Positions 1-9,559 of a stretch of 27,020 nucleotides of DNA are shown here, in pieces. The notes below the pieces were generated by a model. It ran no database searches. It was not told the origin of the DNA and saw nothing but the letters and a program-made list of their open reading frames with translations. This stretch comes from Bryobacterales bacterium (lineage in GTDB: Bacteria; Acidobacteriota; Terriglobia; Bryobacterales; Bryobacteraceae). The number at the start of each line of letters is the position of its first letter. Position 1 is the first letter of the stretch. Where the stretch lies: positions 1 to 27,020 of the forward strand of contig JBBROT010000001.1 of NCBI GenBank assembly GCA_038229155.1, in the 5' to 3' direction. The position numbers were made by a program, and so were the translations under genes.

Positions 1-689
1 CCGCACGGCTTGATTCCGAATTCCGCGCCGGCTTCCAGCAGCGCATTCCAGACGTGAGGTGCTTGGGTGGGCTCTACGTAGAGTTCAAAGCCGTCTTCGC
101 CCGTATAGCCGGTGCGCGCGATGCGGGCGGGAATGCCCGCCACCGGGCCTTCTTCGAACCAATAATATTTGATGCCGTTCAGTTCGGTTGGAGTGATCTT
201 GCTAAGCGTTTCGAGGGCGCGCGGGCCTTGCACGGCGATCTGCGCGTATTTGCCGCTGGCGAATTCGACAGTGGCATCGAAGCCTTTGTCGCGGCGCACG
301 GCTTCGATGTGCTCGTAATCTTTTTCCTGGTTCGAGGCATTGACGCAGATAAAGATAAAATCGTCCGCTACTTTATGGACCAGGATGTCGTCGACGAAAC
401 CGCCGTGTTCGTAGAGCAGGCCCGAATAGTGCGCCTGACCCAACTTCAGCTTCGCGACGTGATTCGTGGTGACGTACTCGGTAAGATTCTGAGCATCGGG
501 GCCGGTGATTTCGATCTCGCCCATGTGGCTGACGTCGAAGAGGCCGACGGCGCGGCGAACGGTGTGGTGTTCGTCCACCAAGCCGGAATATTGGACCGGC
601 ATATCCCACCCGCCGAAATCCACCATTTTCGCGCCGCTAGCGCGGTGCACGGCGTGGAGCGGCGTGCGCTTCAGTTCGATATCTGCCAT
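1..689 (-). CDS. gcvT: Glycine cleavage system aminomethyltransferase T (5' part; runs off the left end)
   Basis: Manual translation from ATG at 689 gives MADIELKRTPLHAVHRASGAKMVDFGGWDMPVQYSGLVDEHHTVRRAVGLFDVSHMGEIEITGPDA, containing the GcvT signatures RTPL, FGGWDMP and GLFDVSHMG. It is absent from the ORF track, presumably because its stop lies outside the window. Confidence 0.96.
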   Translation of the reverse strand, partial: MADIELKRTPLHAVHRASGAKMVDFGGWDMPVQYSGLVDEHHTVRRAVGLFDVSHMGEIEITGPDAQNLTEYVTTNHVAKLKLGQAHYSGLLYEHGGFVDDILVHKVADDFIFICVNASNQEKDYEHIEAVRRDKGFDATVEFASGKYAQIAVQGPRALETLSKITPTELNGIKYYWFEEGPVAGIPARIARTGYTGEDGFELYVEPTQAPHVWNALLEAGAEFGIKPC

Positions 690-744
690 GCGAGGGAACT
701 TTTATGTTAGCGCGTTCAAGGCGTCGGGCGGCTGCTCCCAGGGA

Positions 745-773
745 TTGAGAACAGAGACATCATCCGTGATAAT
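745..773 (+). promoter_or_regulatory. Sigma70-type promoter for the XRE gene
   Basis: TTGAGA (745-750), 17-nt spacer, GATAAT (768-773); GGAGG at 813-817 precedes ATG 828. Confidence 0.5.
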
Positions 774-827
774 CAAGACGCCAATTCCGGGCTTGGATCT
801 CGAATGGTCGCCGGAGGAATCCTCACA

Positions 828-1196
828 ATGCAGACTAATGTTATCCCGATGGCACAGAATGCCTCGATCATGAGCAAGATGACTACTTCAGAGAAAATGC
901 TTAGGCCCATGACGGAAGAAGCTGTTGAACAGGCAACTCTTCAAGATGAAGATGCGCAGCCGCTGACCGCGGCTGATATGTTGCGCATGCGCCGCACGCC
1001 GCGTACGAAAATCATCAGGCGTGCTTTGGCCCTCACGCAAGAAGAATTTTCTCTTCGCTATCACATTCCGATTGGGACGCTACGAGATTGGGAGCAGGGC
1101 CGCTCAGAGCCGGATCAGCCCGCGCGCGCGTATCTGACGGTAATCGCCCGCGACCCGGAGTATGTGAATCGGGCGATCAATTCGAAACCGTCATAG
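828..1196 (+). CDS. XRE-family HTH protein (HigA/MqsA-like antitoxin type); start uncertain
   Basis: C-terminal IIRRALALTQEEFSLRYHIPIGTLRDWEQGRSEPDQPARAYL is a typical HTH_3/XRE antitoxin domain. Start chosen at ATG 828 because of the GGAGG RBS; 804 or a downstream ATG are alternatives. Confidence 0.85.
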   Translation: MQTNVIPMAQNASIMSKMTTSEKMLRPMTEEAVEQATLQDEDAQPLTAADMLRMRRTPRTKIIRRALALTQEEFSLRYHIPIGTLRDWEQGRSEPDQPARAYLTVIARDPEYVNRAINSKPS

Positions 1197-1210
1197 CGGA
1201 ATCGGAAAGA

Positions 1211-1924
1211 TTAAGCCTGCACACCCGCATTCCGCCAAACCGCTTTGCCCACGAAGAACGGCCCCATCGCCTCTATATAGGTTGAGGTTTGCTTGGTTTT
1301 GCGCATCGCCTGGATGCAGGCGGAGAGCGGGAACAGATCTTTTCCGGTGAGGCCGATGATGAAATCGTTATCGTGAGTATCCATGCCGAAACAGGCCAGG
1401 CGGATATCCTGCGCGAAGCCCGCCATGCCGAAGGAGTGGCCGATTTTTCCATGCTCGCTCAGGATGGGCATCTGCTCTTCCAGCGTGAGCTGCGCGAACT
1501 CGCCCTTGCGGCGGAGCGGATACCAGATGGCCCACGGCTGCGCGGGGTCGGTGGCGGCGCGGATGGGTTTGTCGATGAGCCAATCGCGCAGATTCGGTTC
1601 GTGGCCGAGCGAGTAAGTGCGGCCCAGCATGGAATATTCCAGTTTCGGCTTCAACGCTGAAAAATGCGCACCCGCCAAAATAGGGCGCACGCGATCGGTA
1701 AAAAAGTTCGGGTCCTGGCTCCAGGTGAGGAAGCCGATGCCGCGCGAATCGTTCACATCCTCATAGATGACGCCGGGGATGGAATCGTATTCCAGAATGT
1801 GTCCGAACTCGGCGATCTTGGTGGCTTCCCCGAAGGCCAGGAATTGCATAAAAAGGCGCGTGTCGGAATATTGGGTCTGGCCATCGCGTACGCCCCCGCG
1901 CTCGCGAAGGTCTAAAAGTTCCAT
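1211..1924 (-). CDS. Chlorite dismutase / coproheme decarboxylase (Cld/ChdC) superfamily heme protein
   Basis: WYPLRRK...EEQMPILSEHGKIG (proximal His), FG-D--D-DFIIG, and a C-terminal GPFFVG. AGGAGA RBS upstream. Confidence 0.8.
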   Translation of the reverse strand: MELLDLRERGGVRDGQTQYSDTRLFMQFLAFGEATKIAEFGHILEYDSIPGVIYEDVNDSRGIGFLTWSQDPNFFTDRVRPILAGAHFSALKPKLEYSMLGRTYSLGHEPNLRDWLIDKPIRAATDPAQPWAIWYPLRRKGEFAQLTLEEQMPILSEHGKIGHSFGMAGFAQDIRLACFGMDTHDNDFIIGLTGKDLFPLSACIQAMRKTKQTSTYIEAMGPFFVGKAVWRNAGVQA

Positions 1925-1969
1925 TGTTTCTCCTCATGTACTCCGATACTAACGCGGTGTTTGGCGGCG

Positions 1970-2584
1970 CTATTTTTCCAGTTCCTGGCGCAGGCGCTTC
2001 AGCGCGCTGCGGGCCCACGTTTTCACCGTGCCCAAAGGCTCGCCCAATTTTTCAGCCATCTCCGTCTGACTCAGCCCTTCGAAGTATGCCAGTTCAATCA
2101 CGCGCTTCTGATTTGCGCTAAGCGAAGCGAGAGCGGTGTGAATGCGGCGAGCCTCATCGGCGGTGACAATCTCCTGTTCGGCATTCACGAAAAGCGAAGG
2201 GTGCTCACGCTCTTCCAGCTCATATGCGTTGCGGGTCATGCGCGCTCCGGCGGAGCGGATATGGTCGATGGCGCGATTGCGCGCGACGGTGAGCAGCCAT
2301 GGCCCGATGGATCCGCGCTCCGCATCGAACGCGGACATGCGGTTCCAGACGCGCAGAAAAGTTTCCTGCACCAGATCTTCCGCGATGCCGGAATCGCGAA
2401 CGATGGTGAAGATGACGGAATAGGCCACGCGGCCGAAGCGATCGTAGAGTTCGGCCATGGCCGCGGCTTCGCGGCGCTTCAGACGGAGAGCGAGTTCGCG
2501 ATCGCCCTCGGCGAAGGAAACGCTCAACAGCAGCAAGATCAGAATGACGATGGCCAAGGTCCGCCTGTCATTGTCCCATCCCAC
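1970..2584 (-). CDS. ECF sigma-70 factor (SigK/RpoE-like); start uncertain
   Basis: Region 2 AEDLVQETFLRVW and WLLTVARNRAIDHIR; region 4 LAYFEGLSQTEMAEKLGEPLGTVKT. Confidence 0.93.
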   Translation of the reverse strand: MGWDNDRRTLAIVILILLLLSVSFAEGDRELALRLKRREAAAMAELYDRFGRVAYSVIFTIVRDSGIAEDLVQETFLRVWNRMSAFDAERGSIGPWLLTVARNRAIDHIRSAGARMTRNAYELEEREHPSLFVNAEQEIVTADEARRIHTALASLSANQKRVIELAYFEGLSQTEMAEKLGEPLGTVKTWARSALKRLRQELEK

Positions 2585-2602
2585 TTAGAAGGCGCGGGCG
2601 GG

Positions 2603-3499
2603 TTAGAAGTCATCTTTGGCGTCGTGCAGCCGGGTTTCGGGAGGCACTTTGCGGAAATTTTCGGAAGTCATCAGGTTCTCAATCGCCACATGAGTCAGCA
2701 TCGCCACACGGGCATTGGCTTTGATGCCGGATCGGACGCGCACCCACGTGCCGTCCGGCAGGCGTATCTGTTCAAAGAAAAGATGAGCGCCTTTATCCAG
2801 CTTTGCCAGCGCCGAGAAACCGAGCGCGAAAGATTCGGAGGCGGTGGCATTCGCTTTCACCCACAGGAGATCTTCTTGATCGAGCCAAATGCGGCCGTTC
2901 AGATGGAGAAAAAGTTCGGCCTTCATCTCTTTCGGTTTGTAGCCGGGATGGGGAACGGCTTCCAGCACCCAGGTTTTGCGATCGTTCAAAGTTTCTTCTC
3001 CCACCGTTCGGAAATCGAAGGCGTCCAATAGCTCGTGGGAGAAGCGCCGGCCCTTTTCCTGTTTCTCCTTTGCATCGGCCAGACGCTTTTCGCGCTGCGC
3101 CGGAGTTTCGCGTTTGCGCGAAGCAATCAGCTTCGCGATGCGGCTGTCTTCTTTCTCGCGATCGGCACCCTCCAGCGGTTTATCGTTCCTGGCGACAAGC
3201 GCGCGCACGTGAAAGCCGTCGATGAAGACATCGTCGAAGGTCTTGATCTCTTCCGTTTTCAGGCCGCCGTCCTGCTCGAAGCGCTTTAGATCGGAACGCG
3301 TGCGGCTGACGTAGGAGCGAAGCTGCTGTTCATTTTTTTCTCCGGCTGCGAGAGATCTCACAATCAAATTGTGAGCGTCGGGAAGCTCCTTCGCGTGCGC
3401 TGGAAGAGTAAAAAACGCGAATATGCCAGCAAAACAGGCCAAAACATTTTTGACGATGTTTGTTGTTCGAGCTTGGCGAGGTTTTGCGGTGGATGCCAT
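2603..3499 (-). CDS. Secreted hypothetical protein (possibly LolA/RseB-like beta fold)
   Basis: Long ORF with signal-like VLACFAGIFAFFTLPAHA and a recurring acidobacterial pattern (AFDF..GEETLNDRKTWVLEAVP..Y.P, GRIWLDQED..WVK). Start placed at ATG 3499; the ORF track start of 3541 overlaps the opposite-strand promoter. Confidence 0.7.
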   Translation of the reverse strand: MASTAKPRQARTTNIVKNVLACFAGIFAFFTLPAHAKELPDAHNLIVRSLAAGEKNEQQLRSYVSRTRSDLKRFEQDGGLKTEEIKTFDDVFIDGFHVRALVARNDKPLEGADREKEDSRIAKLIASRKRETPAQREKRLADAKEKQEKGRRFSHELLDAFDFRTVGEETLNDRKTWVLEAVPHPGYKPKEMKAELFLHLNGRIWLDQEDLLWVKANATASESFALGFSALAKLDKGAHLFFEQIRLPDGTWVRVRSGIKANARVAMLTHVAIENLMTSENFRKVPPETRLHDAKDDF

Positions 3500-3534
3500 C
3501 ACGCAAGAAGAGAGCCATGTCATACATTTTTTCC

Positions 3535-3563
3535 TTGACAATTTTTTTGAACAACCTTATATA
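3535..3563 (+). promoter_or_regulatory. Sigma70-type promoter in an AT-rich intergenic patch
   Basis: Perfect TTGACA (3535-3540), 17-nt spacer, TATATA (3558-3563). Confidence 0.65.
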
Positions 3564-3572
3564 TGAATCACA

Positions 3573-3593
3573 TTGCGATTTTTTCAATCGCAA
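3573..3593. repeat. Perfect 8-bp inverted repeat (operator or 5' RNA hairpin)
   Basis: TTGCGATT (3573-3580), TTTTC, AATCGCAA (3586-3593), just downstream of the predicted transcription start. Confidence 0.7.
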
Positions 3594-3619
3594 ACTTTAA
3601 GTTAGGGAGAATCACATCG

Positions 3620-3682
3620 ATGAAGAACGCAACCAAGAAGGCCGCTCCAAAAAAGAAAGCTGCTCCGAAGAAAAAGAAGTAG
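3620..3682 (+). CDS. 20-aa Lys/Ala/Pro-rich small basic peptide MKNATKKAAPKKKAAPKKKK
   Basis: AGGGAG RBS at 3604-3609, ATG 3620, TAG 3680-3682; flanked by a promoter and an intrinsic terminator; histone H1-like KKAAPK repeats. Confidence 0.7.
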   Translation: MKNATKKAAPKKKAAPKKKK

Positions 3683-3720
3683 CAGCTCACGTCCCGCTAG
3701 GGATGAGTTCCACAACATGA

Positions 3721-3745
3721 GGCTCCGGGCAACCGGGGCCTTTTT
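3721..3745 (+). terminator. Rho-independent terminator
   Basis: GGCTCCGG-GCAA-CCGGGGCC stem-loop followed by TTTTT. Confidence 0.85.
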
Positions 3746-4644
3746 CATTTTGTGCGGTCCTTGCGGAGCGTGAGAACGCGGAAGGTTTGGCCCATGCCGA
3801 AGAGCAGAGTCTTGAGCTGCGGGGCGAAGCGGGAGTCCCGGAGACATTCCGGCGACCGTTCGAGAGCGCGGAGCAAAGTCTGGGCAAGCGTCTCGAAACG
3901 GATGGAGGCGAACCCGCACTCGCGCGCGGTATCCATCAGAAAGCCGAACGGCACGTGAGCGGTGATGTCGCAAGAGCCAGGGCCGCTCAGAACATCGGCC
4001 GAGGCGGAGTGGCGGCGGTAACTCATCAAGGTTCCCTCCGGGAAGCGCAGATATTCATTTGCGGACCAGCCGTAATCGATGATGAGCACGGTCCCTTCGG
4101 TGAGGCACTCATAGATGCGACGGAGCCAGATGCCAGCGCGTTCCGCAATCTCAAAGCGCGCGCCATCGGGAAGGAGCGGATAATAACGGTTCACGAATCG
4201 AAAACGCTCTCCCGCAAGAGCCGGTCCTTCGCGCCATTCGAAATGGGAGCCGGTGCGTTGCACCAGAAGCTCGCGAAACTCATCGCCGCGGCGCACACCG
4301 GTCGCGATGGGGAGGGCATCGAAAAATTCGTTGGCGAAGATTGCGCCGTGCCAACTGGCGGGCAGTTTTTCGTTCAGGCCCACGCTGGTATAAGGGCGCG
4401 GGTAAAACGCATCGCGCATCTCCTGCCGGCCCGCGCCTAACTCCAGCACCGGTTCCTCCGGAAGTAGCATGGCAATCAGAGAACCGAAGACAGGCTGCAG
4501 TTGGGAGGCGGTGAAGAAATCGCCGTGTTTGCCCAGGATGGCTTCGGGTGCCTGACGATAATAGCCGGTTTCCGGATGGTAGAGCGCCCACTCCATGAAG
4601 CAGTCGAAGGGCAAGGTTGCGCCGTCCGCTACCATCGTAGGCAT
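3745..4644 (-). CDS. SAM-dependent methyltransferase, MidA/NDUFAF7 family
   Basis: FMEWALYHPETGYY, GDFFTAS, ELGAG, ANEFFDALP, LIIDYG, DITAHV. Confidence 0.92.
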   Translation of the reverse strand: MPTMVADGATLPFDCFMEWALYHPETGYYRQAPEAILGKHGDFFTASQLQPVFGSLIAMLLPEEPVLELGAGRQEMRDAFYPRPYTSVGLNEKLPASWHGAIFANEFFDALPIATGVRRGDEFRELLVQRTGSHFEWREGPALAGERFRFVNRYYPLLPDGARFEIAERAGIWLRRIYECLTEGTVLIIDYGWSANEYLRFPEGTLMSYRRHSASADVLSGPGSCDITAHVPFGFLMDTARECGFASIRFETLAQTLLRALERSPECLRDSRFAPQLKTLLFGMGQTFRVLTLRKDRTK

Positions 4645-4684
4645 CGCGGCGGAGCGAGAGTTATTGCAATCGATTGAGTGAGCG

Positions 4685-6667
4685 ATGGCCGAACCTACCC
4701 TTCAACAGCTTACCGAGCAGGTGCGGCGGCTGACGGATCGGGTCTCTGTTCTGGAACGGCAGCTCGCGATTCGTTCAGCAGAAACTGAGCTTGCCACCGA
4801 GCCGGAAGCCGCAGCGGTGACGAGCCCGAAGCGCGATCTGGAATCGCGAGTAGGCTTGCGCCTGGTGAATCGCGTGGGCGCGATCACGCTGATTCTGGGA
4901 ATCGGATTTTTCTTTCGCTATGCGGTGGAGAACAACTGGCTGGGGGAAGCAGCGCGCGTTCTGGCGGGCGCTCTGGCCGGGTTGCTGCTGCTTGCGGGTG
5001 GCGAACTGGCTTACCGCCGAGCGCAGGGTGTGTTCGCGCAAGGCATCACCGGAGCGGGAGCGGCGATTCTGTACCTTGCGATTTATGCTGCGTTCGGTGC
5101 CTACCGGCTGATTCCAGCGGGAGTGGCGTTCGCCTGCATCGCGGGAATCACGGCGCTGTCCGCAAATCTGGCGCTGCGCTACGGTTCGCAAGCTATCGGA
5201 GTGTTGGCCTTGTTCGGCGCGTTTCTGGCTCCGCTGATTCTGGAAGGCGCGCACTTGGGCCAGTGGTTCGTGCCCGCGTACATCGGCGCGTTGGACGTGT
5301 GCTTCGTGCTGCTGGCATCGCGGCGTGCTTGGCGCATTACGGAATGGATGGCGCTGGTGGGCACCGTACTGTTCACGGCCCAGTTCGCGGAGGCGCCGGT
5401 GCGGCTGTTCGTTCCCGCTTACTATCTGCTGTTCGCCACGCGGCCCAACCCAGCGTTGTTCGTGGCCGCGCACGGGCTGTTGCTGGGGCGCGTCACGCTG
5501 CTGCCGAAATCGATGTGGCTGTACGCGCCTGAATGGACGGCACTCTCCTTCGGCGGGCTGGCGATTTTGCGGTGGCGCGGCTGGTATGGCGTGGCGAGTT
5601 GGCTGGTGAGCATAGCGGCGGTGTGCTGGTTCCTGGGCGCGGTGAGCGGCGAACTGCCACTGGCCGGCGCGCTGGTCACACTCACCATTTTGTTCGCGGC
5701 GTTTTTTGCGGCAACGGCGTGGCGCGCGTTCACCGCCGCCGATTCGCTCACCGCGCCTGAATTGGCGGCGGTGCCACTGACGGCCACATTTTACTTTGGT
5801 GCTTGCTACCAGCGTTTGGCCGGGTGGGGCGATTCCTGGGCGGCGCTGCTGGCGCTGGTACTGGCCGGTCTTTACATCGCGATGGCATTCCGGCTCCGCA
5901 ATGCCTCGAACCCGATTGGCATGGTCAGCGGCGGTGTGGGTGTTGCGTTCTTCACCCTCGCGGTGCCGCTCCGGTTTCATGCATTCCGCATCACCATGGC
6001 ATGGGCGCTCGAAGGAGCGGCGCTGGTGTGGATCGGCTTCCGGCGCGGCGCGGGGGTGGCCCGGATCTTCGGACTGTTCGTCTTGCTATTCGCCGCCGTC
6101 CGCTTCGCCGCGCTCGATCTGTTCCTGTTCGCCGCGCCGGAAGGTCACCGCATCTTGGCAAATGCCCGATTCGCGACGGCACTGGCGCTGGCCATCGCGT
6201 TCTTCCTGGCGGCTGTATGGAGCCGCGGCATGCGCGTGCCGGTGTGGGTGCCGGGCGGCGCGGGACACTTGGTGCTGCTCACGGCGCTATCGTTTGAGGT
6301 GTCCGATTGGGCCATCCGTTTTCATGCTGCGAACCAGAGTAACGTGCAGAGCGCGGCCCTTTCCATCCTGTTCGCGATGTACGCGGTGATGCTGGTGGCG
6401 TTCGGCACAGCGAACAGTTCAGCGGGCAGTCGCTACATGGGGCTGGGCCTGATCGCGTTGGTGGTGGTGAAGCTGTACCTCTATGACATTTGGCAGTTGG
6501 ATCTGGTGTACCGCTTCATCGCCTTCGCGGGATTGGGCGGCCTGTTACTTGCGATGTCATTCCTGTATTCGCGCTATCGCGAATCGGTCGCGATTTGGCT
6601 CACGCGAGACAAAGCGCCTACACCACGCGACGCTTCCGCAGTTCATCCACCGCAACAGCCAGAATGA
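4685..6667 (+). CDS. DUF2339-type polytopic membrane protein
   Basis: LESRVGLRLVNRVGAITLILGIGFF, LAIYAAFGAYRLI, C-terminal KLYLYDIWQLDLVYRFIAFAGLG; many hydrophobic segments. Confidence 0.85.
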   Translation: MAEPTLQQLTEQVRRLTDRVSVLERQLAIRSAETELATEPEAAAVTSPKRDLESRVGLRLVNRVGAITLILGIGFFFRYAVENNWLGEAARVLAGALAGLLLLAGGELAYRRAQGVFAQGITGAGAAILYLAIYAAFGAYRLIPAGVAFACIAGITALSANLALRYGSQAIGVLALFGAFLAPLILEGAHLGQWFVPAYIGALDVCFVLLASRRAWRITEWMALVGTVLFTAQFAEAPVRLFVPAYYLLFATRPNPALFVAAHGLLLGRVTLLPKSMWLYAPEWTALSFGGLAILRWRGWYGVASWLVSIAAVCWFLGAVSGELPLAGALVTLTILFAAFFAATAWRAFTAADSLTAPELAAVPLTATFYFGACYQRLAGWGDSWAALLALVLAGLYIAMAFRLRNASNPIGMVSGGVGVAFFTLAVPLRFHAFRITMAWALEGAALVWIGFRRGAGVARIFGLFVLLFAAVRFAALDLFLFAAPEGHRILANARFATALALAIAFFLAAVWSRGMRVPVWVPGGAGHLVLLTALSFEVSDWAIRFHAANQSNVQSAALSILFAMYAVMLVAFGTANSSAGSRYMGLGLIALVVVKLYLYDIWQLDLVYRFIAFAGLGGLLLAMSFLYSRYRESVAIWLTRDKAPTPRDASAVHPPQQPE

Positions 6668-7540
6668 TCACCGCGCCGATCACCACCTGCTGCACGTAAT
6701 TGGAGATGCCCAACAGATCGCTGCCGTTTGAGAGCAGGCCCATGATGAACGCGCCGACCAGTGTGCCCACCACGCTGCCTTCACCGCCGCGCAGACTGCC
6801 GCCGCCGATCACCACGGCCGCGATGGCCTGCAACTCGTAGCCCTGGCCGGCGGTGGGCTGCCCCGTCATGAGGCGCGATGCTTCAATCATGCCCGCAAGC
6901 CCGGTGAGCAGGCCGCCGATGGAATAGACCGCGGTGGTGTGGAAGGCCACGGGAATACCGGCGTACATGGCCGCGGCCGGACTGCTGCCGATTGCGAACG
7001 CATAACGGCCCAGGCGCGTGTGCTCCAGAAGGATGTGTACGGCGATGGCGCACACAATCAGCAACAGCAGCACATAGGGGATGCCGAAGATTGCGCCTTC
7101 GCCCAAAGTGGAAAACGCGGGCGGCAATTTGTGCACCGGCAAACCGTTCGACAGGATGAGCGCTGAGCCGCGATAGATGCCGAGCGTGCCTAGCGTGACG
7201 ATGAACGGTGCGATCTTCAGCCGCGTGATGAGAAAGCCGTTCAAGAAGCCGCAGGCAAGGCCGGTGAGGATGCCGATGAACACGGCGGGCACGATGGGGA
7301 CGCCGCGCTCCATCGCCATCGCGCCCGATAAACCGCCCAGGCCGAGGATGGAGCCGACGGAAAGATCGATGCCGCCGGAGATGATGATCACGGTCATGCC
7401 GAGCGCCATGATGTTGATAACCGCGGTCTGGCGCACCACGCTGGACAGATTGGTGGCCGTCAGGAAATGCGGCGATGCAATCACCAGCGAGATGAAGAGA
7501 ACGATCAGGCTCAGGAACGGGAGCAGCCGTTGGAGGCGTT

Positions 7541-7544
<4 letters not shown>
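6618..7544 (-). CDS. Monosaccharide ABC transporter permease (RbsC-like)
   Basis: GMTVIIISGGIDLSVGS, IAPFIVTLG, HTRLGRYAFAIGSS, YELQAIAAVVIGGGSLRGGEG. Its TTG start overlaps the ATPase stop (TTGA). Confidence 0.93.
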
Positions 7545-9046
<1,502 letters not shown>

Positions 9047-9047
9047 A

Positions 9048-9554
9048 TTAGTCTATATGGCCGCAGCGGCAGGAGACCAGATGCTGCGCGGGCATGGTGC
9101 CATTGAGCGCAGGGATGCAATGCCCGTGCGGGTCGCGATTGGGGTGCCCCAGCTTGCGATCGATGCGCTCTTCGAAGTGTTCTGAAATGAAATGCTCCAG
9201 GCGTTCGGCTTCATCGTGCAGTTCTTCAATCGGGTAATCCAGAATCTCAAACAGGAACGTTTCAATGAGCCGGTGATGGCGAACAATTTCCAGCGCGCGT
9301 TTGCGCCCGCGCTTCGAGAGCTTGACGCCGTGGTGGCGCTGGTATTCCACCATCCGTACGGGTGCCGAAGCCAGGCGCTGGAGCATGTTGGTGACCGAGG
9401 CCGGTGCCAGAAGAAGATGGTCGGCCAGTTCCTTCGAACCCACACGCCGGTCTTCCGCGCCCCCGAGCGTGAAGATTGCTTTCAAGTAATCGTCCACCGA
9501 TTCGCTGGTTGCTCGGGAAGTTGCGCGGGAAGTTGCGCGGGAAGCCGCCGTCAT
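9048..9554 (-). CDS. mntR: DtxR/MntR-family metal-dependent repressor (Mn-type ligands)
   Basis: SVDDYLKAIF, ASVTNMLQRL HTH, VRHHRLIETFL, EAERLEH, LGHPNRDPHGHCIP. Start at ATG 9554. Confidence 0.88.
   Translation of the reverse strand: MTAASRATSRATSRATSESVDDYLKAIFTLGGAEDRRVGSKELADHLLLAPASVTNMLQRLASAPVRMVEYQRHHGVKLSKRGRKRALEIVRHHRLIETFLFEILDYPIEELHDEAERLEHFISEHFEERIDRKLGHPNRDPHGHCIPALNGTMPAQHLVSCRCGHID
9508..9543. repeat. In-frame 12-bp tandem repeat x3 encoding (SRAT)3 at the MntR N-terminus
   Basis: GTTGCTCGGGAA GTTGCGCGGGAA GTTGCGCGGGAA. Confidence 0.9.
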
Positions 9555-9559
9555 CTCAT

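Noticed and set aside
54-710. 218-aa plus-strand ORF
   Set aside because: It is the antisense shadow of gcvT, which is clearly recognisable on the minus strand.
690-830. Possible glycine riboswitch upstream of gcvT
   Set aside because: I could not find the conserved GGAGA / CCGAAG / CTCTCAGG-type elements on the minus strand.
790-873. Possible BrnT toxin remnant (LDLEWSPEE and MVAGGILT in different frames)
   Set aside because: The two weak resemblances overlap the same bases in different frames, so they cannot both be remnants; similarity is at chance level.
1961-3031. 356-aa plus-strand ORF
   Set aside because: Antisense to the ECF sigma and secreted-protein genes, with no recognisable motifs.
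6618-6667. 50-bp convergent overlap of the DUF2339 gene and the permease
   Set aside because: The overlapped tail is low-complexity; short 3' overlaps are common in GC-rich genomes.
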